A DNA stretch of 64,000 nt from Octopus sinensis (GCF_006345805.1 NC_042999.1:87730001-87794000); one strand, 5' to 3'; counted from the first letter of the stretch, positions 39,378 through 54,189 are shown. Notes: generated by a model not told the origin, from the letters alone. Program-made: numbers and translations.

Positions 39378-39703
39378 AAGACCCCCTTCGGTCATGAATG
39401 ACCATGGGATTGCACCTAGAAAGTTACCCTCCTAGACACAAGTCCGGGCAAGGTTGTTTATGGAAGACCAGCAGTCGCCCATGCATACCAGCCTCCCCTC
39501 TCCACGCCACCAGTGTTATCCAAGGGAAAGACAAAGGTCGATACAGCTTGGCACCAGTGACGTCGCAACTCATTTCTACAGCTGAGTGAACTGGAGCAAC
39601 GTGAAATAAAGTGCCTTGCTCAAGAACACAACACGCAGCCCGGTCCGGGATTCGAGCTCACAACCTCACGATCGTAAGCTCGACGCTAACCACTGAGCCA
39701 TGC
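39375..39703 (-). mobile_element. SINE family D, full length
   Basis: A box TGGCTCAGTGG, B box GCTCGAATCC; homologous to 20043-20373. Confidence 0.9.
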
Positions 39704-40650
39704 ATATGTGCAAATACATTTAAAACAGCAACCTCTTTAACAGTAGTAGAATCTCCTTCCTTCTACATCTACACTTTCAAAGCAGTTTGCCAAAACGGTC
39801 CTTCAGCAACAACACACTTTAAAAATCTTAGTGTTTACTACTAACTCCAGGCCACGAAAAGCAGAGAATTTGCTCTTCAAACCGATATTTTGAACTTACG
39901 GAGACAATATTTACGTATCGGCTGTGGAAACACAGCTAAATCTCACGATGCAGGGAAACGGTTTGCATGATCAAATACCTGCACGCTATGAAACATATAT
40001 ATATATATAAGGATCTGGAATTTCACAAAACACTAGTTTAGGTTTGTTTCCTATTGGATTCGTGAAATTCCAGCATTCAATGAAAATGTATTACTCTAGA
40101 TTCATTCATTCTTTTCCTTCTTATTTCCACTTCGATAGGATCACATACACCTGCATGCGTACGCATGCTTCTATGTATACGTAGCAAAGTACATTACCTA
40201 TATTTAAAATATTGATTTTTATATGCTGAATCACATGAGAAATATTTTATGAAATATTGTCTTTACTCAACACTGATGTATAATAAATTGCTATATTTTA
40301 AACCCGTATTCCTCGTTTCCAATATAGCAACACTTAGTTGTAGTTAGAAATACACTGACTGAATATCCTATTATAAAACAGATCGGAAAAATTGAGGCGT
40401 CGATAAAACATATACGCATGCTACAGACAATGTATTCACATTTTTTGAATTCCTTTTTATCAAACTTTTCGTTTTGCATCTTCGGATTTTTCTTTTTTTA
40501 CTTGAGAAGAATGAAAATGAAATGTGGGTAGTGCTAGCAGAAATATACAAAAGCCCTATAAGAGCTGATATTTATCTCCACTCATTTAAAGTAAAGAAAA
40601 CCGACTTTGTGCCGGTTCATGTGTGTTCCTAGAATTTTTAATACATCTAT

Positions 40651-41031
40651 GTTTTACTTGTTTCAGTCTTTTACCTGCGGCCATGTTGGGGCACTATCTT
40701 GAATGGTTTTTAGTCGAACAAATCGTCCCGGGCTAATTTCTTAAAAGCCTCATATTTATTCTATCAGTCTCTTTTGCCAAGCCACTAAGTTACGGGGTGT
40801 AAACACACCAGCACCAGTTGTCAAGCGGTGGTGGGAGACAAACACAGACACAAAGACACACATAGACACAAATGACGAGATTCTTTCAGTTTCCGTCTAC
40901 CAAATCCACTCACAAAGTATTGGTCAGCCTGATGCTATAGTAAAAGTTATTTCCCAAGGTACCATGCATTGGGACTGAACCCAAAACTGCATCATTGGAA
41001 AACAAGGTTCTTACCATACAGCCACGCATGC
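40651..41031 (-). mobile_element. SINE family B, full length, diverged
   Basis: Colinear with 38060-38472. Confidence 0.85.
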
Positions 41032-42639
41032 ACTTTTATATAAATTAAATAAATTGATTAAATATATATTGACATATTAAATAATTTATTTAGAAAAAAA
41101 TTCTGTTCATACAAAATTCTCTTTTCTAAACGTTTAATAGAATTCACTGCAATGTTTTCATATATTATAGATTAAATTATTCACTTTGTAGCATTTACCT
41201 ATTGACCTTTTGAAATATTAATCACTAAACACATTTTTATTCTCTGATTTAATGTATTAGAAACGAGCAATTGTCTTAATTACTGCTCGAATAGAAATTA
41301 AGATAATTAATAGTTTATTGACGCTCAGTGTTCATTTATCTTTCTCTCTAACATCACGTGATTATTTTGCTTACAATGTAACCGACGTCAAATATAGAAA
41401 AACGCACTAAATTGTGTGGTAGTAATATTTCTGAATAACTGGGATAATAAAATGCTATATTTTCAGGGGAGCTCGTGCACATGAACAAAACGTGGGAAAA
41501 TGCATTAAATCTTGATTTTAGACAGAAAATTGTAAAAAAAATAGAACTGTATTTAGCCCTAAGACATCTCTATTCTCATTACATACATTTTTACATGTTA
41601 AATAGTTCAGTTGAAAGCTGAAGTAAAGTATTGATTGATAATAATATTTCTGGAATTTAAAAGAGTTATGATGAAAATCATTCGTTATCTGTGTATCATT
41701 CATTTGCTAAATCTTTAATTTTCATTTTATCAGGTAACAATGTGCGTCAAAAAACTTTCTTCAGTCGATGCATTAAAAAATATCTGAATCACATTTAGCA
41801 AGAAAAATTATGAATATTGCGTAGATACATTTCTTTTCCAGAATACTAATATCTTTGGTGGATGCGGGGTATTTCGATTAAATTCTATAGTGTACTACTG
41901 ATAATTATTTCCTTGACCCTGAAGGAAAAAATAACAAAACCGATGCGTGTATAGTCTAAAGTCGGTGCTCAGAGGGATAAAATTAATTACTATAAATCAG
42001 TTTGTTCGACGTTGCACTATATCAATCTTATATATAATTACCTTTAGGAAATTATATATATTGATTAATAAAAAGATGTAAAAAAATATAAATCTTAAAA
42101 CATCTTCGCCTCTGCATGAAAATTTTCACTGTATGATTTGCTGTATTTATTTTGAACTGGAAGGTTCTCGGTCCAATTTTTAGAAAACGTGATTTCTACA
42201 TATAAATGTATTCTGCTGCTGGATTATTTTTATCCTCAAATAAATCTACTTGTAATGCCATCACAATTTCATTCTAAAACTCACTGATTCTACTAAAAAG
42301 AAACAAAAGAATATGATTTTTCATCTGTTACAATCTGCTATAAGTGCCTTAACTGATCTTATGACTTAGACTATAAAACGTCTACGAATTTATTTGTTCT
42401 AGAATTTTAAATACTTTTGCAGCTATTTCAACATAATTATCAGAAATCAATACTATTATTTTCACATAGTAGATACTATTACTTTCATCCTAACCAACCG
42501 GCTGATGATCAAACTCAATGAGATCTAGTTACAAAAAACACAATGTAACCGAGTGGAACATCCAAAAACTAATCATATTTCTTGAGGAAGAGTACTTAAC
42601 CTTTTGTGAAATTGTAAACAAACATCTTTCTTTAACATG

Positions 42640-43378
42640 TCTACTTAGACTAGTGATAGAAATTTTATTAATTTTCCTTTTGGTCCATATTGTATTTTGT
42701 ATACTTTGATGCTTGTAAATTTAAAGTTTGGGATTCGACTTGCTCAGTTATTTCTTATTCATACTAGGCTTTCTTGATATATTTACATTTACAACTTATA
42801 CAAATTATACTATGAGCTGTAATAAGTAAGAATTATGTTTGACTACTTGCAGAATTTCTGTTATGAACAATCGGAAATATCACCACCACAGTATTTTCTA
42901 CTAAAGGAAGAAGAGAAAATCTAAGAATTGGATTCGATTAATTATTAAGAAATATGAAGAAAACATGACATGAAGATAAGTATTTTTGGTTCTATTACAG
43001 AAAAAAACTAAAGCATTCTGTACACAGAGAAGCTCTGTTAAAAGGAAAGTATAGTTACTTGATTGTGGTCAGGCTGCTGTTTACTTTCATTTAGGCTGTT
43101 TGTGTGAGTGAAAGGATATATGAGATATATTATAGTGAACCAGAAAAAACTTGACGTGTGCAGTTTAATACAGTGGAATATTGGGAAATAGTTTTGTGAG
43201 ATATTTGGAAGAGCGTTTTAAGGCCATTAATGTCGATAAAATTAGAATGTGCAAGAAATACGATGCATACTTCATGGCACATATTTAATACAGCGATAGA
43301 TAAGAGCATGTATGATGGCAATTGATAGTATATATATATATCCATATGAACATATATACATACATATATTTATATACG

Positions 43379-43417
<39 letters not shown>

Positions 43418-44514
43418 TATTATGTGTATACATACGCACACATATATGCATTTATACGTACATAAATTCATACATATGCACACACGTGCACGCATATGTA
43501 TGAGATACTGAGAGTAAAGATAACTTAATATTTGTCATAAATATACTTTAAAAAGGAACTGTGTATAGGAAAAATATAACTTAAACAATGTCATATCGGG
43601 AATAATAAAGAGTTATATGCAAATGGATAGGGAATTTGTCCGTTCCTATAATACCATGAGGTTCATTAATACCGACAAAAAAGGCAGATTATTTATTAAA
43701 AATGAAGAGGATATTGAGCAACCTGTTGGCAACATTTTCAAATTATATCATCTTAAAAGTTTATGGCAACCTAAATTAAATTTTATAGAGATTTCAAACC
43801 TGATTAAAAATCAGTTTGCTGCACGATGATGGGGCAGTACAAAACTTGTGATTTCATCAGCATTGATATTACATTTATAATTTGGTAGAATGTGGTAATA
43901 ATCGATGAGAGTCACGTACATTATTGGAAGAATATAATTTGGTATCAGTTAATTAATCAATGTGCATTCAGCCTTTCTAACCTCTTGGTTGCCTGCAGTA
44001 ATTATAGAAGTACTTGTAATAATTTGTGTGGCTATTGATTTTATGGAAGGAAAAGTTGAAGGAAAATGCCTGAATAAATCTGTTTGGAGAATAGTGAACA
44101 AGGAAGAAATAAGGTGGAATGAAAGTACATAGATAAATTGTTCTATTGTCTAACGTTATAAGGCTGCTAGAATACCAAATATATGCAGAAGTTTGTTTCA
44201 ATGAATTTCAAAAGAAATTAGTATAATATTTTTCAGAAGTTCATATAACTTGAAAGTATGATAAGCAGTGCGAATATCGAATCTTACTTCAGAGGAGCGG
44301 TTCGAACTACGTCACTTAAATGATGAAATGTCATAGTTTTAACCTTTTCAGTTCTATGTTCAGGTTCTTCAGGAGGGTAGTTTGCTTTTTTTTTGTTCTG
44401 GGTTGAATGAAATAATCCCCAGTCATATAATAATTACAAGAGAATCGTGTATTTTCTTCCTCGAGTAATTCTTGTTTATAAGGTTTCAATGATATCAAAC
44501 CCACCACCACCACC

Positions 44515-44590
<76 letters not shown>

Positions 44591-47070
44591 ACTAACTAAC
44601 TACTGTGGAATATTTTGCTTCAAATGATGATGATGATGATGATGATGGTGATAACGACCATTATGATGATGGTAATGTGGTCGATTAATATTATTGTCAG
44701 GATGTTGCAGGTATTCTTAAATATACAGTCCAACGTTGAATAGAAGTAGCACAAGGATCCGGTAACAAATGTTTAAAACATTTCCGTAATTTTTTGAAAT
44801 ACTAACTGGAAGACTGGAAGTCAATTGATAATACACAGAGGTAGATTATTTACAATGGTAAGAAAATGTACTGACAAATTTAGTTGATACAAATTAATAT
44901 CAATGATTAACTTATATTCTATTATACATTCTTAGAGCAAAGCAATAGATGCTGTTACAAAATACCCAAATGTCTGAATATATTGCAGAATTTATAGAAC
45001 AGAATGAACCAAATGTCACCAAATATAGTGACTGGATTAGCTGACTTCAAATATAACAGAGGAAATATAACATAGACAATGTTATATCGGGAATAATAAA
45101 GAGTTATATCAAATGAATTGGGATCTCCCTCAGAAGCCTGTCGGTTACTTAGTGACATATGAAGTAACTGTATGAAGGCAGAGAATTGTTTTACAGCGAA
45201 ACGTAGGAGAATGTATAAATATAAAGTAATACCAAATGTAATAATAAACCATACTGGAACTGGACATTCTAGTTCATCACACATTTTTAATACCTGCCGT
45301 CATCGAATTTACTGAGATGGCATGAGATACCTCAAATGTACGATGAAACTATGGTGTCTATTGATATTCAATATATTTACTGTAGTGAAATTACCTCATA
45401 TTCAACTTTTACCACTTACCTTAAAATCTCTGCCTTTTATTGTCGTTCAAATATATAAACTGTGACAAAGTGTTAAATAAATCTGATATTGGAATTTTAG
45501 ATAAAGTTTTTACTTAAGTCAATATATGGTGTCATAGTAGAATTCGCGAAGATCGTTTTAGCATAACATCTCCGAAGAAATCATTTCGTGCTTAGAATGC
45601 TTCTACTCCCTCACCGTATATGCACGTACACACACACACACACCACACACACACACACGCACACACACAAACACACACACACACACACACACTCACTAGT
45701 ATAGACACACACACACGTACACGCAAACACATGCACAAACATGCACACACATGCGCACGCACTAGGTACTTCGCCTGGTACTTCATAGTTTCCGCTATGC
45801 TTTTGCTTTGCTTCTACCACGTTTTTACTATGGAAATTGCATCAGTTAATCCATTAAGTGTAATATCAAGGTGGTTTCATTGAAGGCAAACCGAAACTTA
45901 TTCAGCAGCATTAATTAATACAGCAGGAAATGTTTATAAAAAAAAAACATTCATTTTGTGAAGAATAAGCTTTTAGGTCTTATACTATACTTAATTGTCC
46001 AGTTATCGCATCATTCTTACTTACTTGTACTCGTATTTAACGGTATTCTAGATGGCTAAGTATAAACTTATACAATGGAAAGAATAACATTTATTATGTT
46101 CATATTCTTTAACTCAACCAATAAACATTATAAAAAGTGTAACAAGTAATAAATCAATGCAGCAAGTCTTAGATTTGTCTCATTTGTTTGCTAAGCGAAA
46201 CATCTCAGATGTAAAGGCTGATTATCAGTGCTGAAAATATGCCCCTTCCAGAATATTAGAAGTATAACTGAAACCATTAGGGCTACATTCTCATTCGCTA
46301 CGAAGTTTTAATTAGCGGTAGCAAGCTCGTATATAGTAAACGTTTTTGTCTCCGACTTTCACAAAGAAGCAATTTAACATTAAATGAATAATTTGTTTTC
46401 TTTTGAGTAATCACAAAGCTTGCATCTCAAGTGGGTTTAAATTTGATGTCATTCCCCCAGAGTAAGAGAAATGAAATGACTACAATGAATTATGATTGAG
46501 ATTGAAGTTTCGGTCAGCGGCAAGTTAATTTCTTGCTGAAAGGCTTTCGACTTTAAAAGAATATATGAATATATGTTGATGTGGGTTGTGTACAGGTGTT
46601 TACGCTTCACTGTATGCATCATTTTGTTGAAATATTTTCCTATCGATAGTCTTTGTCCTTAGAATTCATTGTATATTTCTTATTTTGACGGAATAATTTG
46701 ATTTCTATAAATACAGCCAGAAACGTTTTAATATGTTAATGCAGCCATTATATTACATCTTTATTTTTAGGGGAAGAGTTTCAATCATCAACTATACCTT
46801 TCATTTGATATATCTTGACTTGACTACCATCGATATCCATTCTCTTAGCTGGATTGACTTCTAAAGCTGTATTCCTATGTGGCGATGTATGGTCGACAGC
46901 TGTGCAGATAAGCTGGCAGTATGATGGATCCTGTGTCAAAGAATATTGCAGTAACCACGGTGAAACGCATGACGATAATAATTAAATTTTTAAGCCAATA
47001 GGAATAAATCATGAAATAGCACTTTGCCCACTGAAGAGACGGTATTTAATAACAGAACACTTCGTAGTTT
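42640..47070 (+). pseudogene. Possible decayed FN3-repeat (secreted or receptor-like) gene array
   Basis: Fragmentary translations STAVQISWQYDGSC, QMNWDLPQKPVGYLVTYE, YKYKV...GTGHSS and LRWHEIP; good splice acceptors before hydrophobic leaders; internal 54-bp paralogy; many stops. Confidence 0.3.
44505..44650. repeat. (CCA)n/(CTA)n/(GAT)n microsatellites
   Basis: Direct reading of the sequence. Confidence 0.9.
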
Positions 47071-49990
47071 TGGCTTTTTTCCTATTAGAAAAAAATCTAT
47101 TCTAGCAATCATCATCTATTTTCATTTATATCAATGTCATAATACAATAAATATGTAAGGAAGTCAACCTTTTTTCGGGAATACTTATATATATGGATAC
47201 ATAAATACACACACATATATACACGCACATAAATTCTTAGATGCATAGATACATTTATACATACGCATATCAAATACATACACAAGTGCGCGCACACAAA
47301 CACACATTTGAAGGGGAGGACAAAACAGAGAAAGCAGACAGAAATAGAAACAAATATATCATATTCACAAGTATAAATAATATAATAGACAGCAAATACA
47401 TTTGCATATAAACAGATGTATAGATAATACGCAGATAATAGTTTTTATTACTTGTGATAATATTTTCATGGATCGAATCAGTTTAAGATGGTTATTTTCT
47501 ATTTTGAGTATTGTTTTTATCATTCGTATACTTGGGGTTTACTGATAAGATTTGTGGCAATCTGATGTTCAAACTGTTGATTTTATTAGACTTCTATGCT
47601 ATTCACATTTCAGCATACGCTTTTTCTTCCTCTCCCTATTTCTGTGCTGTGTATTTGCTGTGTTCCCATATTATCGGTTGCATTGTTAGAACAGATTTTC
47701 TGAGAGTTCGTTAAAACCGAAGCCTATCATTTCATAGCAATATGAACTAATGTAAAAATAAAATACTTGCCTGAACATATTTTGCTTCATATAGAGTTAC
47801 CTCACAAAGCATATGACTGTTCTGAAATTAATTTCAGAATTCCTCAATAAATTTTTCTGTTTAGTATTTTTAATTTTATTGAATTACTGTAAAAGTCGTT
47901 GGTGTATTATCTAAAACAAACATCAGTAAGATGCCACATTGTTACATCTTTTGCAGAAGACATTAAGTAAAAGCAATATATTAACAAAACTTAAGTTAAC
48001 ACAGTAAACATCAAATGGTTACGAAGTTTGCTTCTTAACATCATTATATAAAATTCGATCTTACAGCATGGTGTCTTCGGAAAGTGTCTATTACCACAAT
48101 CTCGAGTTGACCTAAGGCATGTATGGAAAAATTACAGAAGTTCATAGAATTCCTTGCATCTGTAATCCACAGGTGCAGCTTTGTCACACTGTTTCTGCTT
48201 GTGAATTATGTCAAAGGAAACACGTATCTGTAGAATACTCAGTCACTTATACACTAATGCAACGAATAGGTAATAGTGTTTCTCGAATAGTTTGGACTCA
48301 TCGTCGAAACCGACGAAAATTCTTTATTACTATATTATCTTTACTTTACGTAAATTACAAATTCGTTTTTTCATCATATATTGTCTGATATAAACTGAAT
48401 AATTCACCTCTTTAATTCTCTATTTTGAATTGTAAAAAACCTGTGAAAATATTTTTAGTTAAAACCATCTGACTGATTCTATTTTATTTTTGCTTATTCC
48501 ATTCTCATCGTCTGAGAATATCAATATATCTCAATATATTTTAAAAATTTATATGCAAACTTGTACATAAATCTACAGTTTTGAATGTAAATGTGTATAT
48601 TTAGGAAACCTTTCTAGCACAAGTTTCAATATTTTTTCGTTAGAACAGACTTTGCGCAGTCACTTGAACTTAATTAAGTTGAAAGTAGAATACGTAAAAT
48701 TATACAATAGCTATTTTAATTTTTGCATTGTACATGATACATATAGTCATCTTCTGAATACGAAATGTTGGTTATTCAAAGAATAGTCATCATAGTGAAT
48801 GCATATAACTAATGGAAGTTAAGAAATATCAAATATCAATCAGGGGCGCATATAAACGTAAATTATGGCTTAAACAAGGCCTAACTCTGAACCATTAATG
48901 CCAGAAAATACGAAATCTTACAGTTTCTGAATCTTTTGATAATTCTTCCAATGATACCCATCGTAGGCAATATAAACGAAGATAAAGGACGAATTTATTA
49001 AAGTTGAAACATCTGTGAGCATCATTAATATCATATCCCCTGACTTTCAAATGTTTATCTTTAACATGACACGTGTAACAATCAGAGATACGCATGCTTA
49101 ATGGTCTTTGACAATAAAAGTGGCTTGAAATTGATGTGCTACAACAAATACTGTATTTGATGTTCTTCGAATTAAATATGTAAACTAATGTCAATTACAA
49201 ACTACTACATGTTCAAGGAAACTCAGCTATACATGCAAGCATAATTTATATGCAGCAGAAATTGTGACAGTTGCAACAGTCTATATGCATAATACATTTA
49301 TTCCAAATATATGCGCAGATTTTGTTTTAGAATTGCCTACTTATGTTCAGAATAGCTTCACTTATCTTCTGTTTGAAGATATTCAGTTTTATGTAGCAAT
49401 ACATTGCGCAATAATTTTGCTTCTCTCAATAAGTTGAGTGGGGTGCAAGTATTTATTATATCAATGGATTTAATCCTATTTGTTAAAGTAAATCCGTATT
49501 ATTTCAGATTAAATCTATAAAATGGGAACTATATGATATGCATGGGAAGAAATCCACGCAATATATTCTTTGGTTGGATTGCAATGTTATTCTTTAGTTA
49601 TAAATACTTACGAAAATACATTAGAGACGAACTGATACTTAACATAGAAATCTTAATAACTAAAGCTAATTCATGTTTGAAAGCGATACTATTAATACAA
49701 AATGTTGTTTCTTCGAACAAATGCTTGCAAGAATTTATTCTATTCTTCTCTTTTGTAATCCTAGATCCGTCATAAATCTCTATGAACTTATGCAGTTGTA
49801 TATTATTAATTAGGTGTTCTCCTGGGTTCAGTTATCTCTCCCATTTCTACAGTAATCCTCTCTACACGATCTCTTCGCTACACTTCTCCATCACCTCATC
49901 CACGTAATGTCAAATATTGGACTGTTTCTTATTTACCGCTTAATATTTATATAACTAAAACAATTTCTGTTGATATTGTCGTTTACATTT

Positions 49991-50115
49991 TTGTTGTTGT
50001 TTAACCCTGGTTGATTATACCTGTGACAAAAAGCATTCTAACCATGATCATTCAGTCCTCTTTGATAGTTCTCTCCATTACAGGACTACATTAACTAATG
50101 TGTCCCTTGACTTTG
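49991..50115 (+). repeat. Short dispersed repeat family F
   Basis: TTGTTGTTTAACCCTGG...AGCATTCTAACCATGATCA...TTAACTAATGTGTCC. Confidence 0.35.
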
Positions 50116-51576
50116 AAAGAGACAGCTGGTAATTAGAAAGAAACTGGACTGCTATTTCTTTCAGGTCACACGGCATGCAAGGTGAATACTCTTTGTCGTC
50201 ATATACCTGATATTGCTACTGGGGTTGTCACTATCTTATAGTTTTTGTTGTTATTGTCATAGTTTTTAGAAAGTCTTGTGATATGTTTATGCATATCCTT
50301 TCTGCTTATGCTGGCATTGCTATTGGGTTTCTTGCTGCTAGGCCTACTAGCATCGTCCTTGTTACTATAAGTACACTGATCTAATTGTTATTATTGACAC
50401 TAGTGTCAGTGCTACTGATTACAACAATTACTATTGCTGCTACTTCTGTGTTGTATAATTGAAGGTAATATAATTGAAGGTAATATACATTTTCATAAAT
50501 TTTGATAACACTTTTGTATAAAAGACATTCAGCATATTTGATACATCAAAACGTATTGCTGACATTTATAGTATTAAACCCTTTGAAAGAGAAAATGAAG
50601 ATTAACCGTGATAGAATCTGGACAAGGAACCGTATATTGAAGCTAATTATTATAATGATGCTAGTTTATACAATTCAGACACAATTACGTTACTCCAAGA
50701 TTTAGAAGAAAGTATAATGTGCTGAAACCCACTAAAAATGTACGAATGCCAAAACGGAGGGCAAAAGAAGTAATTGAAGGCAATTTAACATTATTACAAT
50801 ACAAGGATGTAGTTGGAGCAGTACAGTCAGCCACAAAAGACTTAGAGCATCGCTCTTTTATGCCTTCATTGCTAATGATGCCGAAGTAGAGAAAAGTGAT
50901 AATTCAAATTATAATAAGACATGAACACAATTAATGTAGTGGTCATGTAGAGGCCATAACACGGTCAAAACGTCAGTTGGACAAATAAGGCAATTGAAAA
51001 AATTATTTCTTTGATTGAAATAGGTAAATTCGTAAAATTCTCTTGATTCACGCTTTCTGCAATATGATTTTAATCCTACTCAGCTTAGGGTGATAGAATT
51101 TCCAGCAGGAACAATTGTAGCTGTGAAAAGTTAGGAACAATGAAGCATATCTTCAGTACATTTCAAATAGGACTAAAAAAACAAAACGGTATTTATGGGG
51201 ACACAGTAGATTTCTCGCTATCATTAGTGCTGCATGGAGAGGAAGATCACTAATATCATCAGTAGTTTGTTACCTCTAATCAGGGAAATAGGACGAAGGA
51301 TCACATTTCGGTAAAGCAGGCTCTGTGCTAAAATACAAGCCAGCACCAAAGCAAAGTGATAACAGATGGAGTGAGAAATAACGACTAGAGCTTGAGTTAA
51401 AAAAAGATATTAGCATTTTCAGCAGTAATTATATGTCTATGGTTCAACCTGATTGTTTGGATCCCGAATAGGAAAGTCATCAAGAAGGCGGAACTCACTA
51501 TTAGCTTTGAGCCGAGCATGGACAAAGCGTACTATGGGAACTGGGATCGCTGTGAAGCACTAATCGACAACACCGT

Positions 51577-51816
51577 GAGAGTGAGATATATATGGAAAAA
51601 TTATATGTATTTGTGAAGGGAGCTGACTTCTCGTCGACAACTATGATTGTCACACGCTGATGATAGGTAAACACCTTGAAACTCGAGTCCGTGTGTATCA
51701 TAAGTTGAAGACGGGAAGGATGACTTCCCTTCACAAATACTGATAGGGCACAGATAGTGTGTCTATAGCCAGCTGGAGGAGATATCTTCCTGGGGCTACA
51801 AACTACAGTAGCATCC
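51577..51816 (+). mobile_element. Diverged copy of the 553-2006 hammerhead-bearing family
   Basis: Aligns with about 875-1137, e.g. TAGCCAGCTGGAGGAGATATCTTCCTGGGGCTAC versus TAGCTAGCTGGAAAAGATGTTTTCCTGGGGCTAA. Confidence 0.7.
51651..51695 (+). ncRNA. Type I hammerhead ribozyme motif
   Basis: CACACG CTGATGA T AGGT AAAC ACCT T GAAAC TCGA GTC CGTGTG; stem III palindrome ACTCGAGT; predicted cleavage after C51689. Confidence 0.75.
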
Positions 51817-51860
51817 ACCCTTAGGGGTTAGCCATATTCAAATGGCAAATATCCGTCACG

Positions 51861-51891
<31 letters not shown>

Positions 51892-54189
51892 ATGAGAGAG
51901 ATAGAGAGATAGATAGATAGAGAGAGAGTGAGAGAGATGGGAAACAGTAAGAGAGTACCGCGGATGCATTGGGGGTACTACCTACTCACGAAGTTGAGCT
52001 TTAAAAGTGAAAACGATAAAAAATCATGCAAAAAGCAGTAGTGTTTGGATTTGGTTTTAACCCTTATAATAATGGATGAAGAAAAATGAAAAAGCAAAAC
52101 AACACCCCCTCCCAGCTAGATTGTATAATATGAAAAGTCAGTTCGCATTGGTTGAACATAATTCCACCTGTGATGACGTCTTCTGTCACAAGTATGTTTG
52201 GTCGAGGAATATGCAGTAACATCAGAATAAGATGCTCTTGTGTTACCTTCTGATAATCATCATCATTAATCCTAAAATAGAGCAGAAACCTGGCTACAGC
52301 ACTAAAGTTATGCGTTTTGTTTACATAATTTTTGAATAAGATGTGTAGAACTAGTTTGAGTCAGTTGGCGATTTTTTAAACTTCTGGCAAATTTTAGAGT
52401 ACAAATCTCTAGAGCGGATTATATAAATATATGTATTGTACAAGAGTCTATTCAATAGAACACAACTCTCAAAATGGATCAATATTAAAATAAAGTTTAC
52501 ACTAAATCAAGAGATAAGCTTCCGGCGAATTTCGATTAACTACTGAATTTCATTTATGTTAATTACAAAAACCATGAAGCGAAATCTTTCTACCCTTGTC
52601 CTAAAATATCTACACACAACTTTATAGGCAATCCGTGAGTCCTCTCCCCAGTTTGTATTTCTGGGTGTAGCACTTCATTTACTTGTAAGTTTTAATGAAA
52701 AGGAATGAATGCCGTCTTAACATGTACCTCTCTACTATACAACTGAAATTTTGTTCCAATTTAATAAATCAATATTCTCTTTAAGAACAACCTTTGAAAC
52801 TGTAATTTCATTCATTTATTACAATCTCACTAAATTAAATTCTGTTAAATTGAATTTTAGATTGGATGCAATCTTTAATGTTGACATGTAAAGGGTCATT
52901 GAAAGTGAAATTAGCTGTGCTTAATAATACAAATTGATCAAAGTCTGACACTAACAGACAAAAATGCCGAATTTCATGTTTTCTCAGAAAGGCCTGGATG
53001 AAATGAATTTGAATCACACACACAAATAGGGGCGGGGCGATTTGGCAGAAGGAGCAGAGATGCATTTTAAATGCTTTGCGACGTTCATATTGAGCATTAT
53101 AGATGGAGAATATGAGATGTTGACATTATCTACTCATTATTTCAACTTTAATAAAATGAGTATCACTGATATACTGTGTTCAGTGTATTGCACTTAATCG
53201 TAGTAAAACTGAAGTCTATGCTAGTAAGAACTCAGTATTTTCTGGGAATGGGGTTATTAAATACAAATCATTGATGTTCTCAAAAGAAATCCCACCTTAA
53301 ACGAAGTGAACGTCACTTCAAGTGGAAATGGGAACTAAATGGCCGATTGGGACTATGATCGTCTACTCTATATTTTATGTGAAAATGTCATGTCCCAGCT
53401 TGGTTACAGCTCTTGAGCTGAATCTGATGAAAGAGGAAGGTGTCATAATAATGAATAAGTATTAAAAGTGACATTTTTGTGTGCGAAATGTTCAGATGGT
53501 ACAGTATCATTGCATGTTTGTTTGCAATTTGGATAACTGAGGGTTATGGAAATATAGAAACCAAGATCTTGTATGAAACTGTAATATCGCACGTTCGGAT
53601 GACCTCTACTTAACTGTTCTCTACTACTCTACTCTCACCGCTACTCTTGTCTGAACTCCTCCCTCTATATCTACGTATTGGGCTAGTCTACTTCATCGTC
53701 TGAGGCGTCCACACAACAGAAACGAAAGAAGCCTTCTCGCTATCGAATGGCTTACTAAAGTAGAACATGTCCATCAAATTACAACTTAATACATTAAAAG
53801 AAAATGAACACCGTGGGTAATGTAGTCCCCGAAATACACGATGTTCACGGTCAAGGTTACTAATTTTCGAGTAACTGGGTACTAAGCAACCACAACGGCA
53901 ACAACAAATCTCATAAGAAGAGATATAATTCACCTGACATCGTTAACAGAATCCTTATTTTAAATGACATATTTCATAAGATGTGTCAACGATGATATTT
54001 CAATTAATAAGTATTCTCAGCAAAATTTCTAATTAATTATAATTATTCTGAGAATTACTAATTTCCCGACCACTGAAATATATAGCATCCAAACTTAAAC
54101 GTAAATGTGTAAGTGGTGACGACTTAAGAACCACGAAATGATAGATTTTCTGATATTGGAATTATGTTCGAGTTATATATGGACTGGGA

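Noticed and set aside
39841-39905. Twister ribozyme-like start (TAACTCC...GCC)
   Set aside because: The P4 loop and pseudoknot partners are absent.
48061-48240. HGVFGKC resemblance to the IA-2/PTPRN N-terminus; also a minus-strand open stretch with a GTAAGA donor
   Set aside because: A seven-residue match only, followed by a stop; no recognisable neighbouring exons.
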